Translations under genes and position numbers: made by a program
Part shown: positions 54,503-64,000 of the stretch, in pieces
Layout: each line of letters begins with the position of its first letter
How positions within the stretch are numbered: the stretch's first letter is position 1
Source of the DNA: Camelus ferus
Lineage: Eukaryota
Assembly (NCBI RefSeq): GCF_009834535.1
Contig: NC_045697.1
Location: 25,856,001-25,920,000 of the forward strand
Reading direction: 5' to 3'
DNA: 64,000 nt
The notes under the pieces: model-generated
Seen by the model: only the letters and a program-made list of their open reading frames with translations
Database searches by the model: none
Told to the model about the DNA's origin: nothing

Positions 54503-55475
54503 TATATTAGTCATCACAAAGTCTACAGGTGTTATTCCCACTTCTTGGATAAGGACACTTAGATTCTGAACTTTAATCCAGTATGTCACAAAAAAGTCTT
54601 AAATCTGTACAGGTATCTGAATTATTTAAACCTTTATATTCAACATATAGCAGTCATGGCAGAGAATATAGGGATATACAACATAATTTAGAACATTTTC
54701 AACAAAAACTTGTTAAAAATAATAACTATGGGATGTAAAGCAGATGAATTTTAGTTACCCACAGGACTCCTTTCTATGCTCTGTATTTCCAAATGATTAG
54801 AGATAAACGTGATGATGTACACACAACAGGATATTGTTCACATGAAACTAATTCTGTCTTTTGTTGCGTGAATAATATGAAAGTCTTGGTGTAAATTTTG
54901 ATGAGATGATGAATGTTTTCATCATCTCTCCAGAGTGATTATCAGAAGTTTGAGAAAACACAAATATATGAATACTACAATCTGTCCAAATAAATTTGAT
55001 GTATTTTCAAAAATATTTCTTTCCTAATACAGTTTGTGTAGTTTAGGATTAAAAATTGCCCAATGAACAATGCAAATTGGCAGCTAATTTAGTTATGCAG
55101 ACATATTTTTACTTCAGTTACTTTTGCTTAGTTTTGAATTTTCAGTGCCACTTTGATAAATCATTAGTTAATGATTTGTTTAGAAATCAAATATTTAAAA
55201 GCCATGTCTAGTAAGTAACTTTAGGGCTTTAGAAGTGAATGAGTACCATCAATTTGTTTGTGTCATGTTTGCATATATTCATCATTTTAAAAGGAATAAT
55301 ATTCATACTGATGTGCTTGAAAAAATGACAGCTAGCTTGAAGTATATGTTAAATTCAGATTTTTAAAAAAGGAAAACAGGAAAGGCAATCTATTTGACTT
55401 ATTTGTCTGTCTTCAAAAGTTGAAGGTGGTTATTTTGAAAAACAGTCACACATTCAAGTGGACTTGTAAAACAAT

Positions 55476-55481
55476 TTTAAT
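55476..55481 (-). terminator. ARAP2: Candidate distal polyadenylation signal (ATTAAA) of ARAP2
   Basis: The minus strand reads ATTAAAattgttttacaagtcCActtgaaTGTGTGACTGTTTT: hexamer, then a CA ~15-20 nt downstream, then a GU/U-rich downstream element. Confidence 0.55.
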
Positions 55482-56862
55482 TTTTACTCAAAATATGTGA
55501 GATGTCATCATTGGCCCTTATCTTACACTTGAAAAATGGAGACACTTGTACAGGAATGGATGGGAAACCAAAGTTATCAGATTTTAAGCTCAAGTTTCAA
55601 AAGTATTCAGATAAGGCAGGTAAAAATATCCAGATACTTTCCTGTTGTCCAACACTGTCAAACATAATTTTCATGTCTGCTTATTTCATAAAACATAAAT
55701 AGTTTTAGATTTTTTTCATTAAATAGCATGATTTCTTGCTTCAAAGGAAGGCTGCCCAATAATGCCACCTATTTTATAAACTGACCAGCAGTTTCTTTCT
55801 TTAAAAAAATTCCAATCTATGTGGATTTAAAGAATAGATGTCACAAACCCGTGGTAAACTGTCTTATCACCACCAAATACAAGTGATCAGTATTTTACAA
55901 TGAAGCAACTCATAGCATTTAACAGCACATTACTGTACTATGATTGGACTGACTGAAGTGTGGGCTTTTGAACATAGACAAATTCAGATAAGACACCTGA
56001 ATGACAGAGGGGGCAAAAAGAAATGGGAGGAGTAAAGCTTGGCTACATAAAATAATGTTAATCAAAACTCACCAGACCTAATAAAATTCTAAAGAAACTG
56101 ATGAAAAGTGATGCCCTTAATGTGAACTATAATTAGGTAGTATTGTCTGTCTGAGGAAAATAACCAACTCAGTAGCTGCTCTTTATGTGGAAACAAAAAT
56201 AGAGGGCTTTGTCTTATCATTAAGCACAGGGAGGAGACTGCTGCTTTATTAAAAAAAAAACCAACCCCCCCCCCCAAAACGACGACAACAAAAAAAACCC
56301 AGACTAGATTAAAAGTTAACCCCAACTCCAAAATGGCCACATGTTGTACACGTCCAGTAAATTCTGGCATTGCAGAAAAGACATTACAACCTTACTTAAA
56401 ATAATAAGAAATGAACATACAAAGTAAAACAATAACAACAACAAAAAACAAACAAAAACAATAAAACCCTGTGATGATGAATGTTGCGCGTACCAGAACC
56501 ATAGTAAGGAACTCTTTCACATGAACAAGTTCCAGTCAACACTGAACTAGAATGAATCTCAACAGCCTCCTTGACTTTTAGGACATTTGTTAACTCTCTG
56601 CCTCTTTTAAAAAACCCTAGTGTTGTTTGACAGGCAGCTGCTAAAACCAACCGTACCCGCTTTTCAACTTCCTTCCCTGACTGTTCCCTAAGGCAGACCC
56701 TATGTAAACCTAAAGACATACAGCAATTTTATTTACAATGTTTCTCAAAGTGCAAAATGTGTTATATATAGTTTCATAGGCGTCATTTAAACACCACATT
56801 TTATACAATACAGTACAGTTTGCAATTTCTGCTCATAAATTACACCACTTAAAAGACAGCTG

Positions 56863-57063
56863 CAGTTGACCCTTGAACAATACAGGTTTGAACTGCACAG
56901 ATCCACTAATACGTGGATACTTTTCAACAGTAAATACTATAGTACTACACCATCCACAATTAGTCGAATCCACAAATGCAGAGGGATTTTGGATAGGAGG
57001 GCCAACTATAAATTATACACAGATTAACCCGCCAACCCCCATCCCCTGTTCAAGGGTCAACTG
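56863..57063. mobile_element. Tigger2-family MITE (MER8/Tigger2a-like) inside the ARAP2 3'UTR
   Basis: Perfect 17-bp TIRs: CAGTTGACCCTTGAACA (56863-56879) and TGTTCAAGGGTCAACTG (57047-57063). The right flank is TA and the left is TG (probable mutated TA TSD). Confidence 0.9.
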
Positions 57064-57332
57064 TACTGCAAAAGGCTGGCCACTCAAAGTAACCCAATGC
57101 CTTCCTACACAAGGTTTATTAATACAGCTGAACTGTACAAGCTTTGTTCAGACCAAAAAATGGTTAATCTTACACTTAATCACATATATATATATATATA
57201 GCTTAAAATGCTCTTTAAATGGTTAAGGATAGCTAGACCGATCTCACCAACCAGGAATTATCTTATAGTTTGGTTTCCGGTTTGCAAACATTGTACACGA
57301 TACTTAAAAAAAATAATAATTTGCAACATAAG

Positions 57333-57716
57333 TCATTTTATTTCTTTCTGCACGACCTGCTCCCCCTGTAACTCTTTTGGAAGGGGTCTTGACCGCTGCA
57401 GAACCACGCTCAGCTCCTCAATGACCCTGGATGGTAACTTATTATTAGTGTCCAAAGTAGCTTTGCCATTCCTATCCTCGGTCTTCCTCAATGTCTTTAG
57501 CCCTTTATGGCCTTTTGGTTGCCCTTGGAGGACCTCAGCCTCTGTGTCCTCCAGACAGTTGAAACTCCGATGTTTTCTGGTTCGACTTCGAAGTTTATCG
57601 TCCTTGTGCTCCAGGCACTGGGCCACAAGGGAAGCTCTCCCCTTTAAGGTGCTGTCCCCAGGCTCCTGAACACACTTTGCACCGATCCGCAGCCTTTCGA
57701 GTTCTGCTCTTGCACT
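57333..57716 (-). CDS. ARAP2: ARAP2 terminal coding exon (127 aa + TGA)
   Basis: The acceptor is tttcattttatttttag|AGTGCA. It translates to SARAELERLRIGAKCVQEPGDSTLKGRASLVAQCLEHKDDKLRSRTRKHRSFNCLEDTE...PKGHKGLKTLRKTEDRN...VLQRSRPLPKELQGEQVVQKEIK*, the recognisable ARAP2 C-terminus, and extends track ORF 57333..57626 by 30 codons. Confidence 0.95.
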   Translation of the reverse strand, partial: SARAELERLRIGAKCVQEPGDSTLKGRASLVAQCLEHKDDKLRSRTRKHRSFNCLEDTEAEVLQGQPKGHKGLKTLRKTEDRNGKATLDTNNKLPSRVIEELSVVLQRSRPLPKELQGEQVVQKEIK

Positions 57717-58914
57717 CTAAAAATAAAATGAAACATCTCACAGGGAAGCAAGATCTGGCACACTTTGTTTCAAAAATACACTGCGTGGAAAAGTTGATGC
57801 TTCTTACACGAGAATTTCTTTCCGTGATTTAGGTTCTAACTCTCCTTTGGCACAAGCAGCATGTCTGAATTTATAGACTGATCTCAGAGCTACAAAATCA
57901 ACTGAAATATAGACCATGGAAATTCATTTTAACAAGCATTTAACGTACCACTTCAAAGGTGTCTTTCAAGTTAGGTACTCAAATTGACTCTCATTTCAAA
58001 CTTGCCTCTTCCAATTCACTTCTGCTTGGATGTGTCACATGTTCATGCATCTATAATTCCTAGTGTTGTACCCGAAGCACAGAGAAAAAAGGTGGTCTCT
58101 GTGGCCTATGAGTCTCAGAAATGCTCTGCACTACAGGCCCCTCTTTGCGATTCACAATACATGTTAGCATATTAAAGAAGCTGAGAGATGTTACAGCGGA
58201 AAATCCTGTTTGACTTCTTTTTTCTGTTTATTTTCTTCCCCCAAATATTTGACTAGTGAAATCTTTTCCTCACATAATGCCTATTAGAATCCCACAGACA
58301 CATTTCAGAAGACACTGGAAGGTACACACAGTTATGTATTAAAGCCCACTTTGGTATCAGTGGATTAGAGTACACATTCATTCGGTGAACTCTAAGTGCC
58401 CGCAGGTCCCAGGGTCCAGGTCCACTGAGACAAGACCTGCGTTGGTTGCGAGCTGCACTTTCTTCACTAGCGTTCAGGGCGTCTCATGACTGGGCAAAGG
58501 GGACTACACCCTAATCAAATGTGAGATTAAAAAAATGAACAACAGAGAATCCAGCATGTACTGGGTAGGGAGCCCCAGCTAAAGGCTACCCCCCACCGCC
58601 CTCAAACTGGGTCAGGGTGGAGGTGGGGGCAGGAAGGCAAAGTCATCTTTCTTTTCACAAGCAAGAGTTGAAGAAATGTCTTCGTAATTTCCTTAGTAAA
58701 AATTGCAAAGCACAGACAGAAGAAATCTCAAGGAGTTTATTTTTTTTTATTACATTACAAATGTTGGAGAGAGAGAGGGTGAAATGAAAATGATAATATT
58801 AAGAATGAAATTGAGTAGCATCAACAGTGTAGTAACTAAGGATGTCCAATAACATGCTTCAAAAGGCAACACTTCACCTTTTAATTTTTCTCTATAGCAC
58901 TCATCACTTTTTTA

Positions 58915-59158
58915 AAAAATGTTTTCTATTATTTTCTTATTTTCAGGGGTGTGATTATATTTATTTTTTAATGGAGGTACTGGGGATTGAACTCAAGACC
59001 TTGTGCATACTAATAAGCAGGCACTCTATCACTGAGCTATACTTTCCCCCCGCTAAATTGGCTTTATTTGTTTGTTTATAACGGAGGTACTGGGGATTGA
59101 ACTCAGGACCTCGTGCATGCAAAGCATATGCTCTCCTATTGAACTATTACCCTCCCCC
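58915..59158 (-). mobile_element. Tandem (dimeric) vic-1-like SINE in the ARAP2 last intron
   Basis: Two consecutive units, each containing ggaggtactggggattgaactca, inserted into an L2 3' end. The flanks tcacttt...aa resemble one shared TSD. Confidence 0.8.
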
Positions 59159-59999
59159 TTCACTTTCTAATATACTGTGTAAGCCACTCATCTCTTGTGA
59201 TTGTCTGAATGCCCTGCTATAAAGTCAACTCATTGCAAGAAGGGTTTCTATTTTTTCACTTTTGATTTGTTCACCCTATTACAGAGCATGCATACAGGAA
59301 ATGATCAATAAATATTTTCTGAATAGTGACTGAAGAAAGGTTTAAAAAAGTTCAGATGTATAATATTCTGTTCTATTTTCCTAAATCCCAGCAGATCAAA
59401 AGAGGAAATTATGAGACAAATTCAAGCTGAATAAAAACAATTTCATCAATGTAATTTATAAGTATTTTGTAATTTGGAATTTTCTGATAAGATTAAGATT
59501 ATGCATTATAGATAAGTATTTCTTCTACACTAAAATCGATAGGAAGAAACATTTAGTTATTTAGTTCCTAGCTTAATTCCAAAGTTTCATTAGAATATGT
59601 TAGAGGTAGTGTTGGTAACTGCACAACCATGTGAATGTAATTAATGAACTGTGCACTTAAGATGGAAAATTTTGTTATGTGTATTTTATCACAATATATA
59701 AAAAAATGAGAGATTAGTAAAAATGATGACTATTAGCATAGGAATGTGACAGGGAGTTTTATAAAAAATATAATCTTATTAAACAGTTTCACTTGGCATC
59801 TATTAGGGAAAATCAAGGATATAGAGTGGTTTTACATATACTGTAATAATAGTTCTCATTATCTTTCAACTATCAGCAGAAAGACTTTAAGAGTCTCTTA
59901 GATGTTGAATTTGGAGGACAAATATTAATATATGTAATGCTGAAATTTCAAGTAAAACTATAATATTAGCCTAAATGACATAAGCTTATATGAAGTGGG

Positions 60000-61300
60000 G
60001 AGAGGGGGATGAAGAGAACTGTTAAGAAGATGAGAGAGGGAGTGATATGCATGAACAATGCGGTGTGTGGAGGGCCTTAGCCTGCTGTGGGGAAAGAAAG
60101 CCAAGGGCATTGATGCTGTGGAAAGAAGGACATCCTTTATGTGCTGCACTGTTCTTAAAAGACAAGGTATGAAATTGGGAAAGCAAGAGGTAGCCTGGTC
60201 CAGACGATACTAGATTGTGTCAGGGGGCGTTTAGAGAAAACCGTTTGAATGGGAACGAGGATCTGAAAAGGAGTCGGTCTCCCACCAGAAAAAAAAAAGT
60301 TCCTCTGTCACAGTCAGAGCAAGATGCAGGAATGGGTGAGCAAATCTCTCACAAGGCTCTAGACTCTGCCCGCATGTATTTGTCTTTATATCTAGATGAG
60401 GGCCAATGGTTATGGAGGTCTCATGATAGCAAAACGTAGTATGACCAGTGTACCGATTACAGCAGAAACTCTCTTAAAATGACTTTCACTACTGAAGTCA
60501 CTGTATTAGTTGATATCATCTCTTTGCTATAAAGTATATATCACTAATTTATTCTCATGATAATGTTTTAAATGCTTTATACTTTATATGATTATTTACA
60601 CTACAGAATATATCATGCAGAAATAGAAACCCAAGGAAATGACCATATGCTGAAAGTCACACAGGTGGGAGTTCAGAACGGATCCGAGGCTGGCCTGTTT
60701 GAAACCAGTCTTCTTTCCACCACATCAAACTGTGCTCCAGGATGATGACAGGGGAGAGAGGTGTTTAATGGGTAGGATTCTAGGTCACCATTTTCTGCTT
60801 CAACTGCATCATTTTCTTTACTCATAATTTTTGTTTTACAGATTCCTTTCAAGGCATTCTTGAAAGGAAAGGCAATTTTGGAAACGAGTGAATTATTCCA
60901 TATTCCTTCCAAGGTCCTTATTTTGTCTCAATAAGTGTTAACTCTGTGCCAAGCATTAGTCTAATAAATTCTCAAGTATGATATCATTTAATCCTCACAA
61001 GCACCCTACGAATTAAGGGCTTCTGTTATCCCTACAGGCTTACAGATAAAAGCTGAGCACAATGATAAAGTGTAGGTACCCAAGAGTAAGCAGGAGGGCT
61101 CTAGGTAGCATCTAGCTTGTATGTTCTTAAGCACTCTGTTGGCCTCTTCATCTGATTTCCTTTGCCAACATCTTACTTCCCCTGGCTTATTCAGCTAGCT
61201 CACTACTAATTTACTCAGTTAATTTTAGAAGTCACTTCCTCCAGGAAGCCTTCCATGCCCAGATGAAGTATCCTCATTCTACCTTCCACTGAGCCTCATG
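60000..61300. mobile_element. Intronic L2 and MIR relics
   Basis: MIR cores at ~60615-60730 and ~60940-61130 (atttaatcctcacaagcaccctacgaa), and the L2 motif gtcacttcctccaggaagccttcc at 61231. Confidence 0.5.
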
Positions 61301-63051
61301 AAAGCAAGACAGATCACAGAATGGGAAGTCACCAACTTCACCAGTATGGCAACAATCTGAAAAGCAATCTTTCTTGAATATATCCATTGATAAAGACTAC
61401 ATTTTTCTAATGAATATAACCTACTTAATAATATTTTAAGCTACTTTATTAATATATTTTCTCACACATTTACATAAATCTAATCTAATTCTATATTTTA
61501 ATGGTTCATATGAAAAACTGTAATTTTAATTCCTTTTAAACTTTCAATGTTTTTCAATGAAAAATACTAAATATTAAAAAATTTTCTTTGCCAAATATGT
61601 TGAATTACCACATTTACCAAATTTACAAAAAAGTCTGGCTTAGTTTAACTACACATATGTTTTCAAGCAACTAGTATTTCATGGCATTGTTTTAAAAGCC
61701 TTTAACAATTTTGTTAGTTTTAGCTGACCAAATTTCTGATCTTAAGTATGCTAAAAAACAAAACAAAACGAAACAAAAAACTGTCTCTGAAGTTCTGAAT
61801 TTGGGATTAAGTAACAAACTACTGTATATTAAATCATCGTCTCAATTCCATACTGGATACTGGTTAATATATTTGATTCTAATAATTTATCTTTCTCTTT
61901 GTTCCATAATCGATCACGAGGCAATGGCAGAAGAAGCTGGGGTTATCTACTCCCCTACTTTTCTTCACTGGTTCAGCTTGGGTTCCTGGAAAGATTCTAG
62001 ATTAGCTGAGGAGGCCACAGCTCTGCAGAGCAGTTGCCAAGAGAAACCTGTAAGCACAGAACATCCGGAGGGACAAGCGCCTGGGCTCCTGGGAGCCTTC
62101 TTCTTCCCTGTGTTTTTATCAGCACAGGCCTGAGCAGGCAGCGAAGGAAATAAGCCATTATTTTCAAGGCTTTTATCTTTTAGAGGAGAGGCATATTACA
62201 GTGGAATAAATGTTCGAAATGGTAAAACATTTAAAAAAAAAATCTGATCATTAAATTAAAATGGCTTTCATCCTTCAAAAGTTATTCCTGTTTGGAAAGC
62301 AAGAAACACACAGCTTAATCCCAAACAGAGGCTCTAAAAAGAAATAATATCTTCTATGTGCTTTTCTTTTGCAACTCATCTAAGGCATCGAAACTTGCGC
62401 TAGTCCCGAAGGGTCAGTTTTGAGTGTAAACAGCCTGCGTCCTTTCCTGAATCAAGACTGATGCTCTTTATGTTCACCCTGCCCTTAAGGTGAGAAGGAA
62501 AACAAATAGCAGTTTTCATGAAAGATGCCAAATTTCCTTTATTGATGCTCAGGGGTCATCCTGTGGTTCCCTTAAATGAACTGAGACACCCCATGGGTTC
62601 CCAAACCACTGGAATTTGATTGTGTTACTGGAATGTCTAGTCACAGTGTCTCCAGACATATTCTGCCACAGGCTTATTCTAAGGAGGTTAGATGTGAACT
62701 TGGAAGACTAATTTGAGACTGCAATTTTCACGAGAACTTCTGTATACATACTTGACATTCTTGGCTACTTTAGGGATAAAAAAAAAAGCAGTACTGTGCA
62801 TATGTAATTGAGTGGTCAATGACATTATTAAAACTAATCATTTAAGACAAGTTAATAAAATAAAAAACTTCAAAGAGTGGCACAGGGTTATTCATAAAGT
62901 TTTCTTGATGGATATGATTTTTACTACGCTTTCCAAAGTAATTATTACTGTGGTTTTGAAACCAATGCAGTAATTAATGCATTGAATCACCTTATGACAA
63001 AAGAAAACAAATGCTATAATTAATGGAAAAACAAATAAAATCCTAACCTAC

Positions 63052-63186
63052 CTCAATATTTCTCCGGGCTTGGGTTGCATTCCTCTCGTGCTGGATGGGA
63101 ATTAGAGGCAAACCTCCGATTTTGGGATTTTTGGTGATAGAACGTTTTCGCTCCTTTCCAGCTGGTGGCCATATATCATTTTCATG
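63052..63186 (-). CDS. ARAP2: ARAP2 penultimate coding exon (135 nt, phase 0/0)
   Basis: The minus strand reads tgtttctacag|CATGAAAAT...AATATTGAG|gtaggt. It translates to HENDIWPPAGKERKRSITKNPKIGGLPLIPIQHERNATQARRNIE, matching the recalled ARAP2 C-terminal region, and splices in frame to 57716. Confidence 0.95.
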
Positions 63187-64000
63187 CTGTAGAAACACAA
63201 TTTCCTGCTGTTGGTGTGTGATTTATACCATGTGGTACACCAGGTTACATAGTCACTTGGCTCCTTTTCCATACGTCCAAGTCAGATGCTCTGTGTTCCA
63301 TGAGGCGCCCCGTTGTAATTATGATGTTAACTCTGGTGGCGGAACCACTCCAGGATGCAAAACTCTTACGTGAACTGAGCTTTGAGGTCTCAGTTCAATT
63401 TCTAGCTTTCAAATACATGCCTTCTGTACTACTTACAAAACCATGAGGGGGAATATGTTTAAGGAAACCAACAAATGTAATACACCTGCCTACATTTCTA
63501 GGCCCTGGAGTCAAAATGACTATACATTCATCTTCTCTTCCCACAAAGACAACTTTCGTGTAAAAATAACTTGATGTTACATATACCCCCAAGTCAACAT
63601 AAGGCATGACTGTCAGGACAAGTATCTTTGTGATCTTTGGGAAAATGTTACTCTTTCATCTAACTGAGTTCCAAAGAACTGCTATCTTATACCAAGACAT
63701 TCACACTGTACATTGTGCAACAGAACATGTGGTACATTTGTTCTCAGATAGTACTGACTACATATTCTGGCCACTGAGCAATTATAGATATGACTGGAGA
63801 AAAGTTAATTTTGCGAAGTGGAGAAATACCCACAGGTAAAAATGAAAGCTCTTAAATGATAAATCCTGAAGATATGCATATGAAAGGAAAAACTTTAAAG
63901 AATTTTTCTACCTCTCAGGGTAGATTAACTTTTCAGAAGTTGGGAAAAACAAATTGATTTTCAGATGACAACCTATGAAAGAAATACAGAATACCAACTA
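63187..64000 (-). other. ARAP2: ARAP2 intron, 3' part (the gene continues beyond the window)
   Basis: Lies upstream of the AG acceptor at 63188-63187; no further ARAP2 exon recognised in the window. Confidence 0.8.

Larger units (their letters stand above)
55455..57332 (-). other. ARAP2: ARAP2 3'UTR (3' end approximate)
   Basis: U-rich, largely repeat-free sequence after the stop codon. Minus-strand AATAAA occurs at 57115-57120, 56728-56733 and 56245-56250, with a distal ATTAAA at 55476-55481 followed by a GU-rich element. Confidence 0.65.
57717..63051 (-). other. ARAP2: ARAP2 last intron (GT-AG, 5335 nt)
   Basis: Bounded by the GT donor (63051-63050) and AG acceptor (57718-57717) of the two exons above. 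Confidence 0.9.

Noticed and set aside
57208..57669. 153-aa plus-strand ORF
   Set aside because: Antisense shadow of the ARAP2 terminal exon.
62380..62450. Possible alternative ARAP2 exon (ttcag|GAAAGGACG..., ERTQAVYTQN*)
   Set aside because: Weak polypyrimidine tract, no donor and an early stop; unsupported without RNA data.
1..64000. CRISPR arrays, operons, rRNA or intact autonomous elements
   Set aside because: This is mammalian intergenic and intronic DNA with no repeat-spacer arrays, and all L1/ERV reading frames are broken by stops and frameshifts.

Overview
AT-rich, CpG-depleted mammalian genomic DNA, most likely camelid (alpaca, llama or camel), inferred from tRNA-derived SINEs of the camelid vic-1 type at four sites. 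The only protein-coding gene I can support is the 3' end of ARAP2 (CENTD1) on the minus strand. It comprises the penultimate coding exon (63052-63186), the terminal coding exon (57333-57716) and a ~1.9 kb 3'UTR ending near 55455. The remaining ~55 kb is downstream intergenic sequence dominated by transposable elements. These include three L1s with internal deletions, a twin-primed 5'-inverted L1, solo ERV1 LTRs (one MER41-like), a fragmented ERVL provirus, MER21/MER31/MLT1 LTRs, Tigger and hAT DNA elements, and L2, L3 and MIR relics. I cannot establish a new biological system here. There are three leads: (i) a perfect-TIR Tigger MITE plus a dense miRNA/Pumilio/poly(A) cluster in the ARAP2 3'UTR; (ii) a candidate unannotated plus-strand spliced transcript; (iii) a MER41-like LTR with GAS-like motifs ~2 kb upstream of that candidate. 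Repeat family names come from recalled consensus sequences. Repeat boundaries are approximate unless a TSD or TIR is quoted.
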